Part shown: positions 19,445-29,560 of the stretch, piece by piece
Position numbering within the stretch: the first letter of the stretch is position 1
How the letters are laid out: each line of letters opens with the position of its first letter
From: an uncultured Trueperaceae bacterium
GTDB lineage: Bacteria > Deinococcota > Deinococci > Deinococcales > Trueperaceae
Length of the DNA stretch: 64,000 nt
Direction: 5' to 3'
Assembly (NCBI GenBank): GCA_963727505.1
Contig: CAVSGP010000009.1
Coordinates: 64,001 to 128,000, forward strand
The notes under the pieces: model-generated
Databases searched by the model: none
Seen by the model: only the letters and a program-made list of their open reading frames with translations
Told to the model about the DNA's origin: nothing
Made by a program: the position numbers and the translations under genes

Positions 19445-21472
19445 TTAGTCGGCGCCGTCCTCGACGGCCGTCAGGAGGATGGGTCGAACCAGGTGGGCGG
19501 CGGCCACCGGGCCGTCCGCGGCGTGCGGGTGGCCTTCGTCGACGGGCCGCGGTCGGACGTGTCGCTCGGTGTCGACCGGACAGTGTTCGGGTTGCCAGAG
19601 GTCGGTGTCGTAGCGCCCCCGGCTGCGTGCCAGCCCCCGCCGGATCTCTTCGAAGAACGCCCGCGCCAGGTGGGTGACGGCCGCGCGCGTGACGCGCAAG
19701 CCCTCGGCGCCGGCCCAGCGGAGCTCGTCGCTGCCACACAGCGAGGTGGTATCGGCTTTGGTGATGGGCGCACGGTTGCGGGCGGCTTGCGGCGTGCCGC
19801 CGCTCGCGCGGGCGCCCTCGCGGAGCTCGGCGAGCGCTGCGGAGGCGGCCGCCAGGTGATCCCGGACCGTGCGGTAGGTCGCTTCATCGATGAGGCCGCG
19901 CTCGTGCTTCAGCTCGTTGAGCCCCTGAGCCACGCGGTAGGTGGTGGTGGCGATGTCGTCGCGCGTCATCGCCTCCGTCTCGAAGGAGAGGGTGTCGGCC
20001 CAGGTGGGCTCGAGCAAGGCGCGCCGGTACTCCTCGAGGCTGTCGTAGCGGAGCCGGTAGCCTAGCGAGGGGTCCTCGAAGGCGCGACTCCCCGGATCGA
20101 GGAAGGGGGCGAGCGGCGCGACGTAGAACTGCAGGCGACGGTCGTTGCCGAAACGCTCGGCCAGCCGTTCGCAGAAGGCCACCGTTTCCAGCGCGTTCTC
20201 GGGCGTCTGGTGAGGGAGGCCCACCATGAAGAAGAGATCGAGCTTGCGGCAACCGTGCGCCAGGGCCCCTTCTATGGTGCTCTCCAGTGCCTCGTTGGGG
20301 TAGGGGAACTTGCCGTTGACACGCCGGATGTCCTCGTCGGCCGACTCGAGCGTGATCTCGAGGCTCCAGGCCGCGGCGGAGCGTTCGACGAGATCGAAGA
20401 ACTCGTCACCCGCGGGGAAGAACAGCTCGAACACGAGCTCGTTGGGGAGCGCGGCGTCGGTCAGCAGCTCGAAGATGCGGCGCGCACGGGGAGCTCCGCC
20501 GATGCGCGGATCGTGGACCATGAAGATGGGCGACCGGGAGAAGCTGCTGATCGTCCGCATGTCCTCGACCAGGCGTTCGGGTGACCGGTAGGCGGGACGG
20601 CGCCGGTTGGAGGTGATGGCGTAGGCGCTGCGCGAGCCGCCGCAGATGGCGCAATCGAGGGTGCAGCCCCGAGAGTTGAGCACCATCGTCGTCGGGTGCC
20701 GGATCCACTCTAGGTAGGGCACGACGTCCGCCAGGTCCCGGTACTTGAGCACCGAGCGCAGCACGTACGCGTATGCGGGCACATCGATGCCGTCGAGATC
20801 GGCGGGCACGAACGAGAGCGGGTTCACGTGGACGCGTCCCTCGTCGTCGCGGTAGGTCAGGTTCTCCACCGCATCCAGCGGTGTGCCCTCGCGCAGCGCC
20901 GCTAGGAGCTGGCGGGCGGGCTCCTCGGTCGAGTCGCCCCGCAGCACGTAGTCGACGGCGGGGTTCTCGGCGAGCTCCCGGTGGAAGTAGCTGGCCGAGA
21001 GGCCGCCCATCAGGACGGCTGCGTCCGGATGGAGGCGCTTGATGAGCTCGGCCACTGCCAGGGCGCCCTGCGCGTGCGGCAGCCAGTGCAGGTCGATGCC
21101 GTAGATCGGGGCCCGCAGCCGCCGCAGGTGGGCTTCGGCGTCGAAGTCGGCGGCCCGCAGCATGCGGTAGGCGAGGTTGACGATGCGAACGTTGTAGTGA
21201 TTGCGCTCCAGGTACGCCGCGATGCTGGTGAGCCCCACCGGGTACATCTCGAACTGGCCCGTCGACGGCACCACGTCGGCGAAGGGACCTTGTAGGAGGG
21301 TCTTGGTACGGAAGTCGAAGATCGAGGGCGCGTGTACGAGCACGAGGTCGGTCGCGAAGGCCGCCCTGGGCCCGGACCCGATCAGGCGGGGACGCAAGGA
21401 CGGTGCGGGCGTAGGCAGGACGGACCGGGTGGCCGAGGGTGCCGGACGCTGCCGTGGGGGGGAGGGCTCCAT
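19445..21472 (-). CDS. B12-binding domain/radical SAM protein (TIGR04190-like); start uncertain
   Basis: DLVLVHAPSIFDFR, MYPVGL, GIDLHWLPH and radical SAM CxxxCxxC (CTLDCAIC). Confidence 0.85.
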   Translation of the reverse strand: MEPSPPRQRPAPSATRSVLPTPAPSLRPRLIGSGPRAAFATDLVLVHAPSIFDFRTKTLLQGPFADVVPSTGQFEMYPVGLTSIAAYLERNHYNVRIVNLAYRMLRAADFDAEAHLRRLRAPIYGIDLHWLPHAQGALAVAELIKRLHPDAAVLMGGLSASYFHRELAENPAVDYVLRGDSTEEPARQLLAALREGTPLDAVENLTYRDDEGRVHVNPLSFVPADLDGIDVPAYAYVLRSVLKYRDLADVVPYLEWIRHPTTMVLNSRGCTLDCAICGGSRSAYAITSNRRRPAYRSPERLVEDMRTISSFSRSPIFMVHDPRIGGAPRARRIFELLTDAALPNELVFELFFPAGDEFFDLVERSAAAWSLEITLESADEDIRRVNGKFPYPNEALESTIEGALAHGCRKLDLFFMVGLPHQTPENALETVAFCERLAERFGNDRRLQFYVAPLAPFLDPGSRAFEDPSLGYRLRYDSLEEYRRALLEPTWADTLSFETEAMTRDDIATTTYRVAQGLNELKHERGLIDEATYRTVRDHLAAASAALAELREGARASGGTPQAARNRAPITKADTTSLCGSDELRWAGAEGLRVTRAAVTHLARAFFEEIRRGLARSRGRYDTDLWQPEHCPVDTERHVRPRPVDEGHPHAADGPVAAAHLVRPILLTAVEDGAD

Positions 21473-21642
21473 CGATGCCAGCGTTTCACTTCGGAACGGC
21501 TCTTCCCAGGGGCAAAGGTCTCGGTTCCGTTCCGCGACGCAGCCGACCGGCCGTGACCGCCGTGCGGCCGACGGCGTCGGGGGCGTTTGCCTCTTGGCAG
21601 GCGTCCCGCCAGCCCGCAAAGTGGCAGCGGAAGGAGGGGACG

Positions 21643-22197
21643 ATGGATCACACGACGTGGCCCACCACGGGACACCATGTGCTGGTGACCTACGCGAGCA
21701 AGTACGGCTCCACCGAGGCGATCGCCGAGGCCATCGCCAGCTCGTTGCGCGAGGAGGGTCTGACGGTCGACGTCGCGCGTTGCAAGGACGTCAAGGATCT
21801 CGCCCCCTACACAGCGGTCGTGATGGGGAGCGCCGTGTATGTGGGGCGGTGGCGTCGCGAGGCGGCCGACCTGCTGCGGCAGGGCGAAGCCCAGCTCGCC
21901 CGTGTTCCGGTGTGGCTGTTCTCGAGCGGCCCGACCGGCGAAGGCGAGGCCGAGGAGCTGCTCAAGGGATGGCGCTTCCCCAGCGCGCTCGAGGGCGTTG
22001 CCGACCGCATCGGTCCACGCGACATCGCAGTGTTCCACGGTGCGCTCGACCGGAGCAGGCTCCATCCCTTCGACGCCTTCATCGTCCGGAACGTCAAGGC
22101 GCCCCTCGGCGACTTCCGCGACCTCGACGTGGTGGCTGCATGGGCGCGTAGCATCGGTGCGGAGCTGCAACAGGAGCGCATGCTGGCCGGCGTCTGA
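21643..22197 (+). CDS. Flavodoxin-domain protein (HemG-like)
   Basis: YASKYGSTEAIA, GSAVYVGRW and GDFRD; AAGGAGG RBS. Confidence 0.88.
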   Translation: MDHTTWPTTGHHVLVTYASKYGSTEAIAEAIASSLREEGLTVDVARCKDVKDLAPYTAVVMGSAVYVGRWRREAADLLRQGEAQLARVPVWLFSSGPTGEGEAEELLKGWRFPSALEGVADRIGPRDIAVFHGALDRSRLHPFDAFIVRNVKAPLGDFRDLDVVAAWARSIGAELQQERMLAGV

Positions 22198-22230
22198 CGC
22201 TCACCGCCGGGAGCGCGCTGCGCGTGCCGC

Positions 22231-25200
22231 CTATGCCTCGTCGGTGGGACCGCCCTCCTCTTGGCGCACGGCGGCCGTACTCCGCGCCCACGCCAGGAGC
22301 GGAGCGAGCGTCAGGCGCTCCGGCGTGCCGGGGGGCCCGGCGGAGGAGGCGAGCGCCTCCGCGAGGACGGCCAGCACCGCCTCGTCGATGCGTCGATGCG
22401 CGATTCCGCAGGCGCGCCAGCGCGCCCCGTCCACCGTCTCGTCCGGAACCTCGGTGATGACGGTCAAGGCCGGGGCGAAGGCGTCGTCGTCGACCTTTTC
22501 CGGCGCGGTGACGGTCTCCCAGAACGGAAGCCCCCGCGCGAAGCGGAAGGGCGTCGCGGCCAGTGGGCGGTAGCGCCCGGAGCGCGCGACCTGGCTGCGC
22601 GTGAGATCGGCAACCGTCGGCTCGGCGTCGAGGGCCGTGGCCACGCGTTCGCGCAGGGCGTCGGCGAGTGCCTCCGCTGACGTGGTCGGCGCGTGGCGGA
22701 CCGTCAGGATGGTGAGGTGCCCCACCGGCAACGACCAATTGGCGAAGCCCGCCGGCACGTAGCCCGTCTGCGGCCTGACCCACTCGTGAGCGGGGTAGCC
22801 GTGATTGTTGAGGTGTACGAGGGGGCGCCAGCGCCGCCAGGCATCGCGTCTCTGCGCGCTCTCTCCGATGAGGCGGCCGTCGAGCTCGGGGTCGGTCTGC
22901 AGGTCCGCGCCGAAGGCGGTGTAGCGGGCGGCGTGGTGCATGTGGTTGGGGGCCAGGCTGCACAGGGCGGCGTGCAGCCGCGCCCCGTCGGGATTCTCGA
23001 GCGGGTGCACGACGAGATTCAGAGCGCGCATGAGATCGGGGCGTTCCAGCTCGGCGGTGAGTAGCGCCAGCACCGCCTGGGTGCTCGTCGGCTCGTTCGC
23101 ATGCTGCCGGGCGGAGATCAGCACGCTCGGCGTCCAGCGAGCGCGCCGCGCGCGCGAGACGTCGGGCCCCGCCGGGTAGCCGGTCTCCAGCGCCACCAGC
23201 GGCTGCCCGAGGATGCTCTCGTGAGCTACCCGCAGGTGCACGCCGGGATGCCGGGCCGCGAGGTGCCGTGCGTAGCGCACGACCTCGTGCGGGTGGAGGG
23301 GCCGGGCGGGGAGCGGCGGCGCGAGACGTGGTCGCTCGGGCGCGTCGACGGCAGCGGGGGAGACGCATCGCTCGCGTCCGCCAGCACGGAACGCAAGCGC
23401 CAGGCCGCCGGGCATGGGCGCAAGCCCGCGCTCGGCGCCCCACGCCAGGCGGTCGAGGGCCGCCTCGGCGTCGGCCGGAGCGCCGTCGACCGCGAGGACG
23501 AGGGTCGCGGGTGCACGGCCCTGCCCCACCAGCTCGCTTCCACGAACGTTCACGTCGAGGGGCAGGGCTCGGAGGGGACGCCCGCCGGACGGCCACACGG
23601 TGACCGCCTCGCTCCCTGGCCCGCGCGCCACGACTCGCACGCGGGTCGCCTCGCCCGGGGAGGCGTGGCAGAACGGCAGGATGCGGGCCGGTGCGAGGTG
23701 GCGCGGCCCGTGTTCCGGCCGGACGGCTGCGTAGGCCTCCAGGAGACCGAAGTAGATGTCCTCGTGGAGTCCCTCCAGGACGCTGTCCGTCTCGTGGTCG
23801 AGGTCGAGCCGGTCGTCCGGTTCGCTGACGTGCAGGATGACGGCGATCTCGTGCAGGAAAGGCGGCTCCCGCCCCTGCGCCTCCCGGGCAAGCTCAGGGA
23901 ACACCTCGCGCGCGAGGAACGACCAGGCCTCCTCGCGGTCGGTGGGCACGCGGGTCTCGGCGAGCACGCGGCCGCCGACGACGGCCCGCACCGCTGCCGT
24001 GGTGGAGAGCGCCGGCTCACCCGCAAGGCGGGGGGACGGGGTGACCGGTGGAGTCAGTACGGCCTTGTACAGCAAGCCGCCGGAAGCGTCGAGGGCGCGC
24101 ACCCGGTAGCGAGGCGGGCCGGCGTCTTCGTCGAGCAGGAGCCGCGTCTCGACGCCGGGGTGCAAGCGCTGTAGCAGGTCCGAGGCCGGATACAGCTCAC
24201 GCAGCCAGCGCTCGGCCACGCCGTAGCGGTCCTCCTGCCGTCCCACGTGCACCTCCAGGACGCGGGTCGTCGACGGCAGTGCGGGGCCGATCTCCTCGAC
24301 GAGCCAGTGGAGGGCGGGTTTGTAGGCGTGGCGCACATGCACACGGCCGGGCTCGTGTCCCGCGGACGCCAGGCGGGCGGCGAGCTGCTGCGCCAGCTGC
24401 CGGCGCAGCGGTAGCGCTTCCGAGGCGTAGACCTCGAGGTCGAAGGGGCCGTCGGGGAGCGGCAGCGCTGCTGCCGCGTCCAGAAGACGGTCGCCCTCCC
24501 AGGGGGCGTCGTGGCTCCAGCGCCGGACCTCCCCGTCGCGCGCGCTGTTGCGCACCGGCGCGCCCAGCCGGAGGGGCGCATCGTGCCCCGGGTAGGGGAG
24601 CGCGTATGCCCGAACGGGCCCGGCGGCGGCCGGACTCCCGCCCGTGCTGCGGGCCGTGGCGCTAGCAAGGGTGCCGGCCACGGCGGCGGCCGCGAGGCGC
24701 CCGGCGCGGGTCTCCAGGCGCAGGAACCGTAGGAGGTCGCGCTCGAGCTCGTCGAGCGAGGAGCCGTCGGGCAAGCGTGGGAAGCCGCGCGCCACATAGT
24801 GGCAGGCGACGCGGACGGCTTCGGCATCGGCTCCGACAACCTCGAGCCCGTCGACGGTGTGGCCGCGGGCCACGCGCACTGCCCACTGGCCCGCCTCGAG
24901 GGCGGGGTCGATGCCGACGTGGACGCGCGCGTTCGACGCGTCTGCGGTCATCGGAACGGCGGGCTCGAGCGCGACCGTGGCCAGCCGCGCGGCCACCTCC
25001 AGGGCCTCAGGGATGCCGGCCGTGCTTCGGAATCCGCCGACGAAGCGCTGAGGGAACTCGGTCGGGCCGGAGTAGAGGCCGCCGCCGGCGAGCGCGCCAC
25101 CCAGGGAGAGGGGCGAGAGGGAGCCGTCCGATACCTCGCCGGGTTCGCCGTCCAGTGACGGGCGCGGTTGCCCGCCGGGCGGGGGCGCCCACAGGAGTGC

Positions 25201-25626
25201 CAGCGCCCGCGCCGTGGCCCCCAAGGACGGACCGTCCTCGGCCGCCAGGAGCAACCCGTCAACGGAAAGGACCGCGCACGCACCAGGCGCCAGCGCCCGC
25301 GTCGCGTCCTCGGCGAGGCCGGAGGAGGTGACGGGGAGCGGCCCGCCGGGCGGGCACACGCCGAAGAAGAGCGCCGGCCGCGGGGTCTCCCAGACGCGTG
25401 TTGACACCTGCAGCCGCAGCGCGCGGGACCCGAGCGCGCCCAGCAGCTCGGCGGCCGCCGCAACGGCGGCGTCCACGGTGACGCCTGACCCGGCGCCCAA
25501 GCCGGCATCGGCGCCAGCAACGACGCCGCCCGTGCCGATCCAGGCTTCGCCCACGAGCGCGTCCGCGAAGCCGTCCCCGTCGAGGTCGGCGAGGAGGGTG
25601 GCGCGCGGATCGAGGGCCGCGCTCAC
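22231..25626 (-). CDS. Large M14-family zinc carboxypeptidase-domain protein
   Basis: C-terminal ARQHANE (HxxE), PLENPDG, NNHGYP and ITEVPDE; GTGA overlap with the upstream permease. Confidence 0.82.
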   Translation of the reverse strand: MSAALDPRATLLADLDGDGFADALVGEAWIGTGGVVAGADAGLGAGSGVTVDAAVAAAAELLGALGSRALRLQVSTRVWETPRPALFFGVCPPGGPLPVTSSGLAEDATRALAPGACAVLSVDGLLLAAEDGPSLGATARALALLWAPPPGGQPRPSLDGEPGEVSDGSLSPLSLGGALAGGGLYSGPTEFPQRFVGGFRSTAGIPEALEVAARLATVALEPAVPMTADASNARVHVGIDPALEAGQWAVRVARGHTVDGLEVVGADAEAVRVACHYVARGFPRLPDGSSLDELERDLLRFLRLETRAGRLAAAAVAGTLASATARSTGGSPAAAGPVRAYALPYPGHDAPLRLGAPVRNSARDGEVRRWSHDAPWEGDRLLDAAAALPLPDGPFDLEVYASEALPLRRQLAQQLAARLASAGHEPGRVHVRHAYKPALHWLVEEIGPALPSTTRVLEVHVGRQEDRYGVAERWLRELYPASDLLQRLHPGVETRLLLDEDAGPPRYRVRALDASGGLLYKAVLTPPVTPSPRLAGEPALSTTAAVRAVVGGRVLAETRVPTDREEAWSFLAREVFPELAREAQGREPPFLHEIAVILHVSEPDDRLDLDHETDSVLEGLHEDIYFGLLEAYAAVRPEHGPRHLAPARILPFCHASPGEATRVRVVARGPGSEAVTVWPSGGRPLRALPLDVNVRGSELVGQGRAPATLVLAVDGAPADAEAALDRLAWGAERGLAPMPGGLALAFRAGGRERCVSPAAVDAPERPRLAPPLPARPLHPHEVVRYARHLAARHPGVHLRVAHESILGQPLVALETGYPAGPDVSRARRARWTPSVLISARQHANEPTSTQAVLALLTAELERPDLMRALNLVVHPLENPDGARLHAALCSLAPNHMHHAARYTAFGADLQTDPELDGRLIGESAQRRDAWRRWRPLVHLNNHGYPAHEWVRPQTGYVPAGFANWSLPVGHLTILTVRHAPTTSAEALADALRERVATALDAEPTVADLTRSQVARSGRYRPLAATPFRFARGLPFWETVTAPEKVDDDAFAPALTVITEVPDETVDGARWRACGIAHRRIDEAVLAVLAEALASSAGPPGTPERLTLAPLLAWARSTAAVRQEEGGPTDEA

Positions 25627-26444
25627 CCCTGCATCCTGGGATCGAGGGTGTCCCGGAGCCAGTCTCCCAGCAGGTTGAAGCCGAGCACGGTCACCGTGAT
25701 CGCCAGGCCGGGGAACGTCGACACCCACCAGGCCCGCTCGATGTAGTTGCGGCCGTCGGCCAGCATGCCCCCCCACGAAGGGATGGTGGGGTCGACGCCG
25801 AGGCCGAGGAACGTGAGGCCGGCCTCGAGCAGGATGTTGTTGGCGATGCCGAGGGTGGCCAGCACGGTGACGGGCGTGAGTGCGTTGAGCAGCACGTGCC
25901 GCACCAGGATGCGGCCGTGGCTGGCTCCCAGGCTGGTGGCCGCCTGCACGTAGTCGGTCTCCCGGATCGACAGCACCTGGCCGCGCACGATGCGCGCGTA
26001 CTGCACCCACTGGGCGAAGGCCATCACCAGCACGAGCTTCCACAGCCCGGGTCCGATGACGGCGATGACGGTGATGGCGAGCAGGATGAAGGGGAAGGCG
26101 AGCTGGATGTCGGCGAGCCGCATGAGCACGGTGTCCAGCAGGCCGCCGAAGTAGCCGGCCAGCAGGCCGATAACGGTGCCGATGATCGACGCGGCCGCCA
26201 CCGACGCGACCCCCACGATCAGCGAGATGCGCGCCCCGAAGATGATGCGCGACAGGATGTCGCGTCCGATCGCGTCGGCTCCGAGGAGATAGTCCGGTTG
26301 GAAGGGGGTTGCAAGGCGTGCACGAAGGTCGGCGACGGTGGGCTGGTGCGGGGCCAGGGCGGGCGCGAACACGGCGCAGGCCACGATGAGCAGCACGATC
26401 GCCGCTCCCAGCAGGAAGCTCGGGTCGGTCAGCGCCTTCTTCAT
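25623..26444 (-). CDS. Peptide ABC permease (OppC/DppC)
   Basis: LLGADAIGRD, EAA loop YVQAATSLGA and LTFLGLG. Confidence 0.93.
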   Translation of the reverse strand: MKKALTDPSFLLGAAIVLLIVACAVFAPALAPHQPTVADLRARLATPFQPDYLLGADAIGRDILSRIIFGARISLIVGVASVAAASIIGTVIGLLAGYFGGLLDTVLMRLADIQLAFPFILLAITVIAVIGPGLWKLVLVMAFAQWVQYARIVRGQVLSIRETDYVQAATSLGASHGRILVRHVLLNALTPVTVLATLGIANNILLEAGLTFLGLGVDPTIPSWGGMLADGRNYIERAWWVSTFPGLAITVTVLGFNLLGDWLRDTLDPRMQG

Positions 26445-27364
26445 GCGTACCGGATCCGGGGGTCGAGCAGCGCGTAGCTCAGGTCGACGAGGAGGTTGAT
26501 GGCGGCGATGAAGATGGCGAGTACCGTGATGGTGCCCTGCAGCATGGGATAGTCCCGGAAGGAGATGGCGTTGAGGGCCAGCGAGCCCAGTCCCGGCCAG
26601 GCGAACACCTGTTCGACGATGACGACGCCGCCGAGCAGGGCGCCGAACTGCAGGCCGATGAAGGTGACGACAGGGATCAGCGCGGTCCTCAGCGCGTGGC
26701 GATAGAGCACGCGCTGCTCGGTGATGCCCTTGGCGCGCGCGGTGGTCACATATTGCTCGCCCAGCACGTCCAGCAGCGAGCTCCGAACCAGACGGGTGGT
26801 GGTGCTGGCCAGGATCAGTCCGAGCGTCAGGCTGGGGAGCACCAGACTACCCGCCCCCGCGAACCCCGACGGCGGGAACCACCGGAGTCGCACCGCGAAG
26901 ATGAGGATCAGCATGATCCCGAGCCAGAAGTTGGGGAACGACAGGCCGAGCAGGCTGAACACGCGAATGGCGAGGTCGCTCGGAGTGCCGTGGCGGCGGG
27001 CTGCTAGCACCCCCAGGGGCACGGCCAGGATCAGCGAGATCGCCAGCGCCGCGAACGCCAGCGACAGGGTGGCGGGGAAGCGGTGGGCTACCGCTTCGGC
27101 GACCGGCTGACCGCTGCGGAACGAGGTGCCCAGGTCGCCGCGGACCAGGCCGGCCAGGAACGACGCGTACTGCGTCAGGAACGGTTTGTCGGTGCCTAGC
27201 GCCTTGCGGATGGTGGCGAGCTGCTCGGTGGTCGGTGCGCTGGCGCCCTGGAACATCGCCACCGCCGGGTCGCCACTCAGGCGGATGGTGAAGGAGACGA
27301 ACAGGGTGATGCCGATCAGGACGAAGATCGACTGGAACAGGCGTTGGATGAGGTAACGCAACAT
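26441..27364 (-). CDS. Peptide ABC permease (OppB/DppB)
   Basis: GDLGTSF, YVTTARAKG and VEQVFAWPGLG. Confidence 0.93.
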   Translation of the reverse strand: MLRYLIQRLFQSIFVLIGITLFVSFTIRLSGDPAVAMFQGASAPTTEQLATIRKALGTDKPFLTQYASFLAGLVRGDLGTSFRSGQPVAEAVAHRFPATLSLAFAALAISLILAVPLGVLAARRHGTPSDLAIRVFSLLGLSFPNFWLGIMLILIFAVRLRWFPPSGFAGAGSLVLPSLTLGLILASTTTRLVRSSLLDVLGEQYVTTARAKGITEQRVLYRHALRTALIPVVTFIGLQFGALLGGVVIVEQVFAWPGLGSLALNAISFRDYPMLQGTITVLAIFIAAINLLVDLSYALLDPRIRYA

Positions 27365-27390
27365 GCCTGTCCGCCTCCTTCTTCAGGCCG

Positions 27391-28902
27391 TCAGTTGCTG
27401 ACGGACACGTTGGTGAGGTCGTTGCGATCGTCGGCCGGGGCCACGAAGCCCTGGACCCGGTCGGCCACGCCCCACAGGTTCTTGGACTGGTAGAGCGGAA
27501 GGTCGATCAGGTCCTCGTGTTCGATCTGCGCGATCTGCTGGAGGATCTGCTCGCGCTGGCTCTGGTCATAGGTGGCGCGTTCCTGCTCGAGAAGGGCGTC
27601 CAGCTTGGAATTGCTGTAGCAGGGGTTCCAGAATTGCTTGGTGTGGTACAGCAGGTACGCCGTGTTGTCGAAGTCGAGCGTCCAGCCGCCCCACCCGCTG
27701 TAGTACAGGTTCCCGACGGTGTTCTTGGGGACCAGCTCGTTGTAGTAGGTGTTGGTCTCGTGGCTCGCGATGGTGGGCTTCAGGCCGACCGCTTCGAGCT
27801 CCGAGGCGATGACCTGCGCGACCTCACGGAAGGTCGCGTCGGTGGCCGTGATGTCGATCCCGACGGGGGTGCCGGAGGCGACGCCCGCTTCGCTCAGCAG
27901 CTTCTTCGAGAGCTCCGGATCGTAGCTGTACGACGTGATGTTCGGGTCGTAGCCGAGCGACATCGACGACTGGAAGCTGGCGATCGGGATGCCGTATCCC
28001 TGCAGGATGCTGTCGATGATCCCCTGGGAGTCCACGGCGTGGGCGATCGCTTCGCGGACCTTGATGTTGTCGGTGGGGGCCAGGCAGAAGTTGAAGCGCA
28101 GCGCGTTCACGGTCGGGCTTCCGACCGGCACGAGCTTCACGCCCTGAGTCTTGGAGACGGTGTCGGCCAGGCTGATGGGGATGCCCTGGACGATGTCGAC
28201 CCGCCCCGCCTGGAGCTCGGCCACGCGTGTCGAGGGCTCCGGGATGAAGCGGAAGATCACCTTCGCGACCTTGGGCGCACCGCCCCAGTAGTCGGGGTTG
28301 GCGACCAGGGTGAGGTGGTCGTCGGGCACGTACTCGGTCACCTTGAACGGGCCGGTGCCGATCGGCATCTTGTTGAAGGTCTCGGGGGGATTGTCCGTGA
28401 CGTACTTGGGCGGCACGATCATGGCGCCGTAACCGGCGAGCTTGGTGATGAGCACCGGGTCGGGCGACTTCATGACGAAGTCCACCGTCGAGTCGTCGAC
28501 AACCTCGACGTGATCGATGCTGGTGTAGTTGGCCTGCTGCGGTCCCTTGGCGCCTTCCGGCCCGAGGAGCCGATCGAACGTGAACTTCACGGCCGCAGCG
28601 TTGAAGGGCTCGCCGTCCTGGAAGGTCACGCCCTGGCGGAGGTGGAAGCGGAGCCGGGTGTTGCTGGCGTCGGTCCATTCCCAGCTCGTGGCCAGGCCGG
28701 GCCCGATCTTCATGTTCAGGTCGCGGTGCACCAGGCCGTCGAAGATGTTCGAGCCGATCATGCCCCACGCCAGGTAGAAGGTGTCGATCGGATCCCAGCT
28801 CTGGGGATCCTGCTGCTGCGCGATGGTGAGCGTGCCACTGGGTTGAGCGAAGGCCCAGCCCAGCACCACGGCGGCGACGAGCGCCAGTACGGTTCTCTTC
28901 AT
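27391..28902 (-). CDS. Peptide ABC substrate-binding protein (family 5)
   Basis: Sec signal, LRQGVTFQDGEPFNA and PIGTGPF. Confidence 0.93.
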   Translation of the reverse strand: MKRTVLALVAAVVLGWAFAQPSGTLTIAQQQDPQSWDPIDTFYLAWGMIGSNIFDGLVHRDLNMKIGPGLATSWEWTDASNTRLRFHLRQGVTFQDGEPFNAAAVKFTFDRLLGPEGAKGPQQANYTSIDHVEVVDDSTVDFVMKSPDPVLITKLAGYGAMIVPPKYVTDNPPETFNKMPIGTGPFKVTEYVPDDHLTLVANPDYWGGAPKVAKVIFRFIPEPSTRVAELQAGRVDIVQGIPISLADTVSKTQGVKLVPVGSPTVNALRFNFCLAPTDNIKVREAIAHAVDSQGIIDSILQGYGIPIASFQSSMSLGYDPNITSYSYDPELSKKLLSEAGVASGTPVGIDITATDATFREVAQVIASELEAVGLKPTIASHETNTYYNELVPKNTVGNLYYSGWGGWTLDFDNTAYLLYHTKQFWNPCYSNSKLDALLEQERATYDQSQREQILQQIAQIEHEDLIDLPLYQSKNLWGVADRVQGFVAPADDRNDLTNVSVSN

Positions 28903-29417
28903 GCGTCCTCCCTAGACGGTTGCGAAGCAGCCACGGGCGTGCACTCTCTCAGCCAGGACTGCCAGTCCCACACGCTCTTGCGATTCTCGATGATCTGGTG
29001 GCTATCCACCTCCTTCACGCCCTCCAACCCCGATAGCCTGTGGGCGAGGAACCGATGCAATGCGTCGGCGTCCGCGTGCAGCGACTCCACCACGATGGTG
29101 GTTCCGCCGAGGCTCACGCCCACGTAACGCACCTCCGGCATCGCCTCGAGCGCGTCGGCGACGGCGCCGGCCCTGGGGGCGGCCACGCGGACCAGACTCA
29201 CGGCATCGATGGGGATGCCGAGCTTGAGCGGGTCACCGGTCGCGACGATGGCGATGGCGCCCGACGCCAGGATCTTGCGGGTGCGCAGCCGAACGGTGCT
29301 CTCGGGCAGGCCGAGACGCCGGGCGATGGCGCTGAACGACATCCTGCCGTCGCTCTGGAGCGCAGCCAGGATGGCCAGATCGGTGGCATCGAAGGGGTCC
29401 TCGAAGGGCGTTGCCAT
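28899..29417 (-). CDS. Lrp/AsnC-family regulator
   Basis: DATDLAILAALQSDGRMSFSAIARRLGL HTH; ATGA overlap with the SBP gene. Confidence 0.88.
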   Translation of the reverse strand: MATPFEDPFDATDLAILAALQSDGRMSFSAIARRLGLPESTVRLRTRKILASGAIAIVATGDPLKLGIPIDAVSLVRVAAPRAGAVADALEAMPEVRYVGVSLGGTTIVVESLHADADALHRFLAHRLSGLEGVKEVDSHQIIENRKSVWDWQSWLRECTPVAASQPSREDA

Positions 29418-29461
29418 GTTGTCCCGTCCCAAGGTTGGTCGAATCCGCGTGAATGCTCGCA

Positions 29462-29509
29462 GTATCTACCGGAATCCGCAAGAAGTCAAGGATGTGTATG
29501 CGGATTCCG
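29462..29509 (-). promoter_or_regulatory. Promoter with an 11-bp inverted repeat flanking the -35
   Basis: CGGAATCCGCA (29470-29480)-N18-TGCGGATTCCG (29499-29509); TTGACT at 29484-29489 on the minus strand. Confidence 0.5.
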
Positions 29510-29560
29510 CAACACAGGCCCCTGATCCTTGCGCGTGCAGCGACAGGACGGGAGGGGCGT

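Noticed and set aside
21473..21642. Cobalamin riboswitch before the B12 radical SAM gene
   Set aside because: The region is short and no B12-box or GCCACTG core was recognised.
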